Below, in pieces: positions 31,789 to 43,596 of a DNA stretch of 64,000 nucleotides. Source of the stretch: Reclinomonas americana ATCC 50394. Taxonomy: Eukaryota. A program made the translations under genes and the position numbers. Each line of letters starts with the position of its first letter. Position 1 is the first letter of the stretch. The stretch covers positions 158,925 through 222,924 of the forward strand of contig PS015015.1 in the NCBI GenBank assembly GCA_048213135.1. The letters run 5' to 3'. Below the pieces are notes generated by a model. The model had not been told where the DNA came from. It was given only the letters and a program-made list of their open reading frames with translations, and did no database searches.

Positions 31789-32357
31789 TCAATGTACGAC
31801 AGGCTTCAGCGGCTCCACCACCATCTCATCCCAGTTGATCTGCGAGTCCAGCGCCTCATCGACCTCGCCAATCAATGCACTGTGCATGCAAGCAGTGAGC
31901 ACGCGCGCGTTGCGCGCGAGAATGCAAACAACACACACGAAACATGTTGTCTCCACGAATGATAAACAGGCCGAGTACTTCTTGCTCTGTTGGTGCGTTG
32001 GCTGCACACACGGAGAGAGTGTGTGTGTGTGTGAGAGAGAGAGACGTATTGCAAGTGGACGAGACAACACACACCATTGTGCACACGCTCAATCGAGTTC
32101 TCCAGAATGACATTGATGGCCTGATCAAAGCCCTTCAGGTGGCCCTGACACGCATCAGCAACACACACACAGTGAGCACACAACACGCGAGAGATATGAG
32201 TAAAGAAGACGAAACCACAATGTGTCGGCCATCATTGGTGATCAGCGTCACCGTGCCTGTGAGTGAGAGAGAGAGAGAAGTGAGCGGCATGCAAGACAGA
32301 GGCAAAGAGCACAAGAGTGGCGAAACGATCAAGTAGTGTCTCCAACCCGTCGGCCAT
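31789..32357 (-). CDS. LSM8: U6 snRNA-associated Sm-like protein LSm8
   Basis: Five exons: MADGLETLLDRTVTLITNDGRHIVGHLKGFDQAINVIL..EVLGLFIIRGDNIALIGEVDEALDSQINW..EPLKPVVH. Confidence 0.95.
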
Positions 32358-32507
32358 TGCACAAGTGAAGGACGATCGTCCTGTGCCTTCCTCGTGCGTG
32401 CGTGGTGAGCGAGCGACGAGTGTGCGCAGTGTGCACGTGCATACAGTGTGTAACAGTTGTGTGTCTTACGCGCACAGGTCTGTCTCTCTCTCTCTTCGCC
32501 TTTTGTC

Positions 32508-34433
32508 ATGGAGAACGCCGTCGCGTGGTTGTGGTCGTCGCTGCAGTACCAGTTCGAGCACCACCCTGTGCACTTGGGTTGCGTAACTACCACCACCACC
32601 TACACACGCACACACAGCGCAAGCAAACAAGCAAGAATGTGTGAGAAGAGAGAGGCGCGCTGCAACTCACTCTCTCACTGTCACAGTGCTGGAGTTCCTC
32701 TTTGTGACGTTTATCCTGTACCTGCTGCCACAACGCTCGTTCCGCCCCTCGACAAAGAACCCCGATCAGCTCACCAAGGAGGTAATCCGCGCGCGCGCAC
32801 ACGTGTTTGTGCAACATGTCGTTCGTGATCACTCACACACGTGTCACACACACAAAGGAACGCGATGAGCTGATTGACTTGTGGGAACCCAAACCACTCA
32901 TCCCGCACGATGAGCGCGTGCAAAAGTTCGACATGAAGGTCGTCGAAGGGTGAGTGATCACTCCTCTGTTGAGTCGAGTCTCTCTCGCCAGTGATTGACT
33001 GCTGTCTTGTGGTTGTAAAGGAGCTGCGGTGAGCGTGTTGTGGTCAACGGGAAGCACGCTGTCAACTTTGCCTCGTACAACTTCCTCGGCTTCCTCGGCG
33101 ACGAGGACATTAACCGTGCGTGCACGACTGCGTTGCACACGTATGGCGTCGGAGCGTGCGGACCGCGCGGCTTTTACGGCACCATTGGTCAGTGTCCCCT
33201 GTGCGCGTGCCTCTCTATACCTGTCTCTTACCTTGTGAGTTGGCGATCAGATGTGCATCTGCGACAGGAGCAGCTGCTGGCGCGTTTCATGGGCACGCAG
33301 GAGGCGATTCTGTACTCGTACGATTTCGCCACCATCTCCAGTGTGATTCCGGCGTTCTTGAAGCGCGATGATGTGATTGTCGTCGACGAGTGTGCCAATC
33401 ATGCGGTGAAGACAGGCGCGATGCTGTCGCGCTCGCGTGTGCTGTTCTTCCGCCACAACGACATGCAGCATCTGGAGGAGTTGCTGAAGCAGGTGACGGC
33501 GCCCAGCAAGACCAAGAAGCCGCTCAATCGTCGGTTCATTGTGGTCGAGGGACTGTACCAGAACTCGGGTGGTGCGTGTGCACAGCTGCAGGGGAGAAAA
33601 GGAGCGATCTGACTGAGGAGTGCCTGCGCAGATTTGTGCCCGCTGCCCGACATTGTGCGTCTGAAGAACAAGTACAAGTTCCGCCTGGCCATGGACGACT
33701 CGTTTGGCATCGGCACTCTCGGTCGCACCGGCCGCGGCACGTGCGAGCACTTTGGCATTGACGTGGAGGAGGTGGACATTATCACTGGTTCGCTGTCGAA
33801 TTCGTTTGCCGCAGTGGGCGGCTTTTGCGTCGGCAGCCACGTGGTTTGCGATCATCAGGTTTGTTGTCTGTTTGTTTTTGTGTCTCCTCGATGCGTCGCT
33901 TCGTGATTGCTAACTGTGGGGTCGCAGCGTCTGTCTGGCACCGGCTACGTGTTCTCTGCAGCGCTGCCGCCGTACCTGTCGGCCGCCGGCATTGCGGCGA
34001 TGAACAAGCTGATTGACCGACCAGAGAGCGTGCAGCAGCTGGAGAGTTGCGACGACCCTTGCCCGTGCCTTTTGGGTCTCCATTCGTCTCAACCCGCGTG
34101 GGATGTACAGAGAACACACAGACGCTGCGTGAGGAGCTGGCCAACCTGGAGGAGCACGGTCTGGTGGTGTCGGGCGATGCCAACTCGCCGCTGATCCACC
34201 TGCGACTGAAGCGATCACGCGGCTCACGCGACGCCGACTACGACCTGCTGGAGACATTCGTGTCCAAGGCACTGGACCGAGGAATCGCACTGACGACGGC
34301 CAAGTACACGCCACTGGAGAGCCACCCACCGCCACCGAGCATCCGCATGTGCGTGTCGGTGAAGCACACGCCGAATGACTTGTCGGAGGCCGCCAACGTC
34401 GTCAAGCAGCTGGCCCGCGAATTGGTCGCATAG
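32508..34433 (+). CDS. SPTLC1: Serine palmitoyltransferase subunit 1 (LCB1)
   Basis: N-terminal TM, DELIDLWEPKPL, NFASYNFLG, YGVGACGPRGFYGTIDVH, FIVVEGLYQNSG and HQRLSGTGYVFSAALPP. GSLSNS has Asn in place of the PLP-binding Lys, as expected for LCB1. Confidence 0.95.
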
Positions 34434-34559
34434 AGTGGGGGGAAGCACGTATAGGAGCAGGAGGATGTGCATGGAAATCATTTATAAAGACGTCGTTGTG
34501 AAGAAGTCCTGTGGGATTGGCCTCCACCGACCGACTGTGCGTGTGTGTAAGAGAGAGCA

Positions 34560-36369
34560 ATGATCTTCTTGAGGAAACTCGGCCGGCCCTCGGCTCACCG
34601 TGAAGGTTGGCGCACGCGCACGACACAGACACTGAGAGTCGCACACACGCACATTCTTCTCTCAATCACTCTCTCTCTCTCTCACTCGTCCTATGAATGC
34701 ATGTGCATGTGCATGTGTGTGTGCATGCGTGTGTGCATTATCACCCCACACGTGCTCTGTGTGTGCACACAAGCGCGTCTGCAGAGTGGAGAGTGGCACC
34801 ATGTCTCACTCACTCACTTGCACACACACACACACAGCTCTCCTGCGCAACCTCGTCACCGCGCTGGTCAAGCACGAGCAGATCATCACCACACTGCCCA
34901 AGGGCAAGGAGCTCAAGCGAGTCGCCGATCAGCTTGTCACACTGGTAATCTTACTCTCTATGAGTCTCTCTCTCTCAGTCTCTCGTGTGTCTCATATGCA
35001 GTCTGCAGGCCAAGCAAAACACTCTGGCCTCTCGTCGTCGCGCTCTTGGTTACATTTACGAGCCTGATGTGGTGAAGAAGCTCTTTGCGGAGTTCCCGTT
35101 GAGATATGCGCAACGGAATGGGTGCGTTGGGGAGGAGGGGAAGGGAGAGAGNNNNNNNNNNNNNNNNNNNNNNNNNNNNNNNNNNNNNNNNNNNNNNNNN
35201 NNNNNNNNNNNNNNNNNNNNNNNNNNNNNNNNNNNNNNNNNNNNNNNNNNNNNNNNNNNNNNNNNNNNNNNNNNNNNNNNNNNNNNNNNNNNNNNNNNNN
35301 NNNNNNNNNNNNNNNNNNNNNNNNNNNNNNNNNNNNNNNNNNNNNNNNNNNNNNNNNNNNNNNNNNNNNNNNNNNNNNNNNNNNNNNNNNNNNNNNNNNN
35401 NNNNNNNNNNNNNNNNNNNNNNNNNNNNNNNNNNNNNNNNNNNNNNNNNNNNNNNNNNNNNNNNNNNNNNNNNNNNNNNNNNNNNNNNNNNNNNNNNNNN
35501 NNNNNNNNNNNNNNNNNNNNNNNNNNNNNNNNNNNNNNNNNNNNNNNNNNNNNNNNNNNNNNNNNNNNNNNNNNNNNNNNNNNNNNNNNNNNNNNNNNNN
35601 NNNNNNNNNNNNNNNNNNNNNNNNNNNNNNNNNNNNNNNNNNNNNNNNNNNNNNNNNNNNNNNNNNNNNNNNNNNNNNNNNNNNNNNNNNNNGAGAGAGA
35701 GAGAGAGAGAGGTGGGAGGAAAGGGGAGAGGAGAGGCTTCTGCATGGTTCCGTGAGTAGTGGGCTGCCCTGAGCCAACTGACTGCAGCGATCGAAGAGAC
35801 CACGCAGAGCGAGAAAGGACTCGCAGAAAGGAGACGTAGCGATTGATGCAGCGAGACAGCGAACTGCAACGATGGAACAAGTAATGCACGTGGAGAGACT
35901 GCACGCGCAACTGCGCTAGCAGCCAGAGAGAGCCATCAGAGAAGATAGAGCGACGCGTGCATTGACATCGAACTTGGGAACGATACTGCAAGCAGCCAGA
36001 GATCCATCTTCGAAGACAGAGCGATTCATGCAGAGAGACAGCAACTGCAACGAGGTAACGAGCAACTGCAGGAGTATACGCACATGGACACACTAGAATC
36101 AGAGCGATGACTGCAGTGAGACGACGAACCGCATCGACTCCCTTTTCGTACGCTCACATCGCCCTCCCTCTCTTCCCCTTTCCGTGCTCAGTGGATACAC
36201 CCGCGTGCTGCGCATGGAGAACCGACGAGGCGACAACGCCCCCATGTGCCTCGTCGAGTATGTCGATCGTCCTGCCAAGCCCACCACCACCACCACCACC
36301 TCGCCCAGTACCATCACCACCACCGCCACCACCACAAAGGCACAACAGCCACAACTTGCATCCTCATGA
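34560..36369 (+). CDS. MRPL17: Mitochondrial ribosomal protein bL17
   Basis: [67 protein letters not shown]. The last intron spans gap 35152-35692. Confidence 0.92.
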
Positions 36370-36718
36370 TAGACCATTCTTTCGCTCACTTCGCGATTCC
36401 CTCTCGGCCGAGAGAGCAGTAAAAAAACACAACAATCAGCTCATCAACTACATCACCATACAGGCGACGATGATTGCAACACTTGCTGCTTTTTTTGCTC
36501 AATATCAGCATTCGTTCGACCGTCGCGCATTGGGCGACGAGCGGACGCCCTTGCATACGTAGCAGCACCCCCCGAAAGGAGTTGACGACGGAGGCAAGTG
36601 AAACAACGTCGCACAACAGGACAACCTCCTTGTCGCTTTCGCTAACTCCGTCGTTTACCGCCGGTGCGGGGCGGGCTGATAACACATTCACAAACAACAC
36701 AAAAATTCGACGATTCTC

Positions 36719-37008
36719 ATGGAGCGCTCACCATCTCGATCACGGGCGCACAAGGACGACGACGAGGAGGAGGAGGAGGATGAGGATGTGCCCATGATGG
36801 CCTCTGCGGCGATTGAGGCCGCCACTGCGCGCAAGGAAGAGGAAGAGGAGGAGGAGAGTCGAGTGCGTGTGAAGAAGGAGCGCGTGGCCAAGAAGCGGCC
36901 GCGCGATGAGGAGGAGCATGGGGGTGATAGTGGCAGTGGAGGAGGAGGAGCAGGAGGAGAGTCGTCATCATCAGCAGCAGCAGCAGCAGCAGCGGGTGCG
37001 GATGACGA
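36719..37008 (+). CDS. 5' fragment of an unidentified acidic/basic (NLS-like) protein running into a gap
   Basis: Open frame from ATG 36719 with poly-D/E and KKERVAKKRPR. The rest is hidden by gap 37009-37378. Confidence 0.4.
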
Positions 37009-37378
37009 NNNNNNNNNNNNNNNNNNNNNNNNNNNNNNNNNNNNNNNNNNNNNNNNNNNNNNNNNNNNNNNNNNNNNNNNNNNNNNNNNNNNNNNNNNNN
37101 NNNNNNNNNNNNNNNNNNNNNNNNNNNNNNNNNNNNNNNNNNNNNNNNNNNNNNNNNNNNNNNNNNNNNNNNNNNNNNNNNNNNNNNNNNNNNNNNNNNN
37201 NNNNNNNNNNNNNNNNNNNNNNNNNNNNNNNNNNNNNNNNNNNNNNNNNNNNNNNNNNNNNNNNNNNNNNNNNNNNNNNNNNNNNNNNNNNNNNNNNNNN
37301 NNNNNNNNNNNNNNNNNNNNNNNNNNNNNNNNNNNNNNNNNNNNNNNNNNNNNNNNNNNNNNNNNNNNNNNNNNNNNN

Positions 37379-38498
37379 ATCGCCAACAGCCACGTCCAAC
37401 AGGTCGTTCAGCTTGCGGTAGCGAGCTAACGGAGTGTTGAGTTGTAGCAGTTCGAGGTACGTGGGGCGGTTGCTGGACAGAACAGCCTGCGAGATGGGAG
37501 AGGGGCAGTGAGGGCGGAGAGCCATGAGTGGAGAAGGATGAGACGAGCACGCACCGTGAGCACGCTGCAACACCAGAACGAGTGCACTGTCTTGTCGGAC
37601 GGGTCGGGCTCGTCGCCGTAGTGGTCCACCAGCTGGTCCCTGTGGCGGTGCAGTGACGATCAGACGACGAGCATGCAGGCATGAGACTTCTCGAAGACGA
37701 ACCGCGCATTAGGATTGAGACTATTGAGGAAAATGCGGATCCTGCGGGTGATGCGCTCGTACGCGCCTAATGAGGACTCCTCGTCCTCGCAGTCCATTCG
37801 TGCGTCGTCGCAATCAGGGGCCGAACGAGCTGCCGATGACGGACCGGCATCTCCTGACGAGTCGCACGGGGGGCGTGTTGTTGAGCGAGGCTGCGTCGGG
37901 TCGGCGACATCATCGATCCAGTCGACAGCTGCGAAGAGAGGAGTCAGCGAAACGAATACACAAGGGTGCATGCACATGCACCACATTGCTCACCAGCCAC
38001 TGTGTAGCCGTCGACCTCCCACGCTCTACGCAACGACAACACAATATGAGGAGTGAGTGGCCACAAGTGCATGTACTGTGTTGTTGGAGGTCGCGAGAGA
38101 CGCACCTCTGTACTCGGAAGCGACGACGGCCAACCGTGCGGATGAATAACCTGCCGTCGGGAAGCTGATCGAGGAGGTTGAGTGACAACACAAGAGTGCG
38201 GCAGTCAGCAAACGGTGAAATGCACCTGGAAGTACTCGTCGACCTCAACCATGGTTCCAATGCTATCTTGCAGTTGTGCCATGACACCGAATGAGCGAGA
38301 TGCTTGTAGCACCCTGTAGAACAGAGCGAGTGAGTGGGGGAATAAGGTGAGTGCATGCACACACAATTCGTACCGGCGAAGCATGAGCCGATATCGAGGC
38401 TCGAAAACATGCAGCGGAAGCCCACTGCCCGGAAAACAGCTGCACGATCCTTCCGTGAGAAATCTATGGTGGTGAACGTGCGACGAAAACGCCACACG
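37379..38498 (-). CDS. LON N-terminal substrate-binding (PUA-like) domain protein, LONRF/cereblon-type domain, partial
   Basis: FPGSGLPLHVFEPRYRLML..FG..IGTMVEV..LPDGRLFIRTVGRRRFRV..SFW..LELLQLNTPLARY. Both ends lie in gaps. Confidence 0.8.
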
Positions 38499-38574
38499 NN
38501 NNNNNNNNNNNNNNNNNNGGGGTCGGAATGCAAGGCAAGCAACGAATGGTGCAGGCACACACAGACTGACTGAC

Positions 38575-38812
38575 CATTGAACAGACTCTGCGCGAGACCG
38601 TATCCCACGAGACCGAGTCCGACCAGCAGTCGGCCCACGCCCTACACGCGGAGCATGTGTGAGTGCAAGAGGAGAGAGAGACAGTGAGAGAGACAGAGAG
38701 TGTGTAAACTCACTCCAAAGGGAATCCCCATTCCGCCCGAGGCACCTCCGCCACTTCCGCCTTCGCCCGCGTTGGGCATGGCCTTGGAGACAAGAGCGCG
38801 GATGCGATTCAT
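38575..38812 (-). CDS. Prohibitin (PHB2-like) N-terminal two exons; remainder lost in gap
   Basis: MNRIRALVSK..G-rich..LLVGLGLVGYGLAQSLFN(V) matches the prohibitin-2 N-terminal TM pattern. Confidence 0.65.
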
Positions 38813-39075
38813 TTTGTGTTCTCTCCGCTGCTGCATGAGTCAGTGAGAGTGTGTGAAAGTGCACATGGCATGCGCAAACATGTACACACAAAGAGCGACA
38901 CAAAGAAGAACGACACACACACGCGCGCGCGTATGTGTATGTGTGTCTATACGAGTGAAGACTGCAACAGCACACAGACAGTGGGCGGGCTGTGAGCTCA
39001 CCTGTGTGCGACGAGAGTGTCGTGTGTGAGAGGACAGATGACGTCAGAGGGACACACACTTTGCCAACCCCGCGC

Positions 39076-42000
39076 ATGGGCGATGCTGTGCTGCTGAATG
39101 GGCCACATGGCGACCTCTTTCGGTACTCTCACATACAGAGAAGACGCGCGCTCTCTCTCTTGCACACGCTCACTTCCTTTCAGGTCCACACATGAACTGG
39201 AAAAGCAACTGGCCACACTGTGTCGCACACATCGCGGCTCCTATGTCTCCCGCGAGGCCACTGCCATTCGCGAGAGGTGTGTGTGTGTGTGTCTCTTTTT
39301 GACTCTCTTGCCAGTGCTGATTTGTGTCGCAGCATTCGCGGGAATTATGAAATGATCATCTGTGAGGACCACGAGTTGGCCTACCAACGCGACTTGGTCG
39401 TCAACCTGTGGCGTTTGGTGTATTACAAGCCCATTGAGGAGTTCCGCCGTCGCTTCAAAGAGGTGTCATTTTGCCCGCCTTTTTTTCCTCTCTCCTTTTC
39501 CTCTCTGACACTATCGACAAGGTGACAACGGCGGATCAGAAGGGGCAGCTCACACTGGAGTTCATGGCGTTTCTCGACGAGGCCAAGGCCTTCTTCATGC
39601 TCCTGGTGCAAAAGTTGGAGCTGCAGGCCAAGAGTTGCGCTGTTCGTTGAGCATTATTTCAACCGCGTGTGTTCTCATTGTGTGTGTTTGCCGCCAGCGC
39701 TGAGCAATCGGGAAAAGCCGCACGTGTACTTTGTCGTGCACAAGTGCTTGGTGTTCCTCGGAGACTTGGAGCGGTACAAGCAGAATTACTCGGCCGAGGT
39801 GGAGAAGGACTGGCGTGAGGCCACGCACTGTTACCTGCGTGCGCATGCCATGGCTCCGTGCAGTGGTGCGTTTGCAACTGGGTTGGAGCGTGCGTGGCCG
39901 GCGACAGTGCTGACGTGTGTGTGTGTGGCGGTGCAGGGAGTCCGCAGAACCAGCTCGCCGTGTTGGCGACCTACCGCAACGACGACTTGGAGGCTATTTA
40001 TCGCTACTTTCGCGCTCTGATGGTGGAGAAGCCGTTTCTCAACGCGCGAGAGAACCTGCTGACGCTGTTTGAGAAGAACCGCTTGCGCCTGCTCGAGTTG
40101 GAAGCGTTGCTGACCCCGAAACGCAAGGTGGCGTGGTGGCAGTGAAGCACATTTGTTCTTCTCATTCTCATCCGCTCGCTGTCGCAGGATCGACGCTCCA
40201 AGCAGCAGCCGCGTCGAGGCGCAGGTGCGCCGTCGCTATCGGCTTCGGGTGGGTCATCGTCGTCGGCATCATCGTCGCTGCGCGATTCACTGTCCGGATC
40301 GTCGTCGGCCACTCCTGGCGGGCCGTCGTCGACTCCTGGAGGCGACACCCACGCCGGCTCCTCGTCCGCATCGCTCTCGTCGCCGTCGGCCGAGGACTTC
40401 CGCTTGTTCATCACACGCTTCATTCGTTGCCACGGCGTCCTGTTCACCAAGACGAGCGCCGAGACGTTCCACGACGTGGAGCAACAGGCCATGCGTGCAC
40501 TGACGGCGTTCATGAAGGCCAACTCGTTGGAGGGCGACCTGTTCACCATGCTGGTGCTGATGAATGCATTCTCGGTGCACAATCTCGACTATGCTCCCGG
40601 TGAGTCGCGGAGTGGAGGAGCGGCTGTGAACGAACGTACTCGGTCTCATCTCAGTACAGAGCACTACACGATGACGGATGTGGATCGGCGCAAGAAGAAT
40701 GACCTGACCGAGTACGCGTTGGTTCTGTTCTACGATACGCTGCGCAAGGTGAGTGCGCAGAGCATCCCGTCATCGGTTCGAACGCTGCGCTCACGTGGTA
40801 GTGGCGATGCAGGCGTTTGAGAACATCTTCTTTGCCAATGTCACCACATTCCTGGTCGGTGCGATGTTGGGAACTGCCTGGTTGGCGCAACACTTGACCT
40901 CGGCTCTAGCCGACTTGCCGCCTCGGGAGAAGGAGGTTCGTGACACTCGTGGGGTGTTTTTTCCGTTTGTGTGCATGACAAGGGTGTGTTTGTGCGTGAT
41001 GCAGGCGCGTGCGCGTAAATCGCTGTGGATGTGCATCGCCAAGGCGCTCTCTGTGTTGCACTCGCGGCACCCACATCTGACAGTCTTGGCGGAGGGTGCG
41101 CTCTGCTTGTTGATTCGTCGCGAGCCGACACACTCGCACATGCTCACCATTTCCACTTTCCACAGAATCCGGCCTCTTCGTGGCCGGTCCCGAGGACTAC
41201 GATCTGCAAGGCTGCACTCCGTTTCGCGCCCTCGTCGGCGACGCCGGTGTGTGTGTGTCTCCCCACTGTCTACCTACCTGTCGTTTTGCTGAAACGCATG
41301 TGTGTCAAAACGCAGATGTTGCCGGAGCCAAGGACGGTGAAGACGATGAACGCCTGCAGCATCGGCGGCGGCGAGTGGTGGCGGTTTCGGATGCCAATGA
41401 AGACGAGGAGGACGAATTGGAGATGGCGCGCCTGGCGCGACTGTGGAAGTACGCCACAGAGGTGGCCGAGGAGCACCCGGTGAGTGTCTCTCTCTCACAA
41501 TGGCTTCACCTATCCACTCACACGCATACGCACGCAGGACTTTGCCGAGGAGGCTGCGGCTCGTGGCGTTCCTCTCGGCCGTGGTCACATTGGCACCGTG
41601 TCGGCCGCCATGCCACCCCCCCAACCGGTCGTGCGCATGGCCAATGGACATGCTGGTCCCTCTGTGGCGGCTGCTCGGCCAGCACCGTCGCCAATGGTGC
41701 ACGACGCCGACGACAGTGAAGCCATGATGGTTGATGTCGCGGCTCACCGCCCTGCCGACGCCGGTACGTCACCCACCACTGTGCGCCTGTCAAGTATATT
41801 TTCATTCATCTTTGTGTTGTGCAGACATGAGCTCTCTTCCTGCTGCTGCTGCTGCTGCTGCCGCCGCTGGGGGCGCATCCAGCTTCACGCACGCCGATGA
41901 CGATGACGACTACCTTCACAGTCACCAGGTCAGTGCTGCTGCTGGCGCGCCGTCGTCCAGTCTGCGCGCACGCCGTCCGATTGACAGCGACGACGAGGAC

Positions 42001-42986
42001 GAAATGATTGTCTTCGATCCGCAAAAGTTCACGGCTCCTCCACGCGCAGTCGCGCCTTCGAGTTCGATTGGAGGTGCGACGTGCTTGGTGTTGTTATGTC
42101 ACAGCGTGATGGGGCTGCGACTGAACTCTCTTGGCAAACTTCGCAGGCCACCAGCAGGCATTGTTTTCAGCCGAGGACCGCGTGGTGTCGGAGCGCGAGC
42201 GCACCTCGGTTGCCGGTGATTTGTATCGCGGACAAGTCGTTGGCACGTCTGCGCTGCCTTCTGCCGCGGTGCCGACCTCCATCCCCTCCATGCCCGCTTC
42301 CAGCTGGTCATCGTACCAACAGTTCAATCCGATGGGTGGCATCGGCGGCGGTGGTGGTGGTGGTGGTGGTGGCGCCGGCGGTAGTGGTGTTGGCAGTGGG
42401 ATGGGTGCCGGTGGCGTGGGTTCTGGATTCCTCGGAGGCCCCATGTCTGGCTTTGCAAGCGCCATGGGTGGCGCGGGTGGCATGTCTGGCGCCGGTGCCT
42501 TTGGTATGGGCGCACCGTCGGCCGGTGACATGTTCCGTGGTGGATCATCGTCCTTTTTCGGTGGAGCGCAACCGTCGCCTGCCGTTGCGTACGGCAACAT
42601 GGCGCCGGCACACGCTTCCAACACGGATGGGTGCGTTTCCTGCAACTACAGAGATAACAGAGGTGGTTCTCACAAGTGCACTGCTGTAATGCGCGCAGCG
42701 TTGGACCCACTCCCATGTCGTGGATGTACGACACTGCTCTGCTGCCACCGCGCCCGCCGTCTGCACCGTTGGCTCCAGTTCCCAACTTTTCTGCGTACCC
42801 GATGCCGCCGGTGAGAGACGCAGTGTGCGCTTATGTCAGTGTCGTCCGCCTCCCTCACGCCTGCCGTGTTAGCAGCCGATGGGTGGCATGCCGTTTGGTG
42901 CGGCCCCAATGCCCTCTGCGCCGGGACCGCTGGGCAGTCCGTTTGTGTTCCCGAATCCAACGGGGACTGGCGGTGGTGGTGTCTGA
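39076..42986 (+). CDS. SMG7/EST1-family 14-3-3-like TPR protein (NMD factor); no PIN domain seen
   Basis: YEMIICEDH..LWRLVYYKPIEEFR, HKCLVFLGDLERYK..A.HCYLRA..P.SGSPQNQLAVLATY..AIYRYFRAL..PFLNARENL..LFEKN, followed by a low-complexity G/P/M tail. Confidence 0.88.
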
Positions 42987-43596
42987 GTGCGAGTATTCGC
43001 GCGTGAGTGTCTGTGTTCGGATGAGTGAGAGAGACGTGCGACCTCAGTGTCGCCTGTGGAGTCTTGCCAATGCGTGCAAGTGATCGCGGCGCCCCGTTCT
43101 GTGGCAGCGTGTGCAGATCCTCCTTTCGTCTTCTCCTTCCACCTCTGCATCCGACCCCCATCTGCGTCAATGACGTGGACGGTGGACGTGCGATGCTTGA
43201 GCAATAGAAAACAAGGGAAAAAACTCCCCACTGGTGTGATATTCGCCAGCTGGGTCACCCCGCGGTTGTAAGATATCGTGTGTGGTGCATCATACTATCT
43301 ATGTGTTATATATCCCTTCTTTCACTCTTTTTTTTTCCCTCCCAATTGTCTTTTCTATTCATTCTATATGCCCTTCTATCGTGCTGCCACTGCTCGCTTC
43401 CCTGTGAGCGAAGCGCGAGACGTAGTGTACGCCACTANNNNNNNNNNNNNNNNNNNNNNNNNNNNNNNNNNNNNNNNNNNNNNNNNNNNNNNNNNNNNNN
43501 NNNNNNNNNNNNNNNNNNNNNNNNNNNNNNNNNNNNNNNNNNNNNNNNNNNNNNNNNNNNNNNNNNNNNNNNNNNNNNNNNNNNNNNNNNNNNNNN

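Noticed and set aside
37379-38812. Apparent prohibitin-LON domain fusion (ORF 37910-38638)
   Set aside because: The join runs through an intron and a 20-N gap of unknown size, so it is an assembly artefact.
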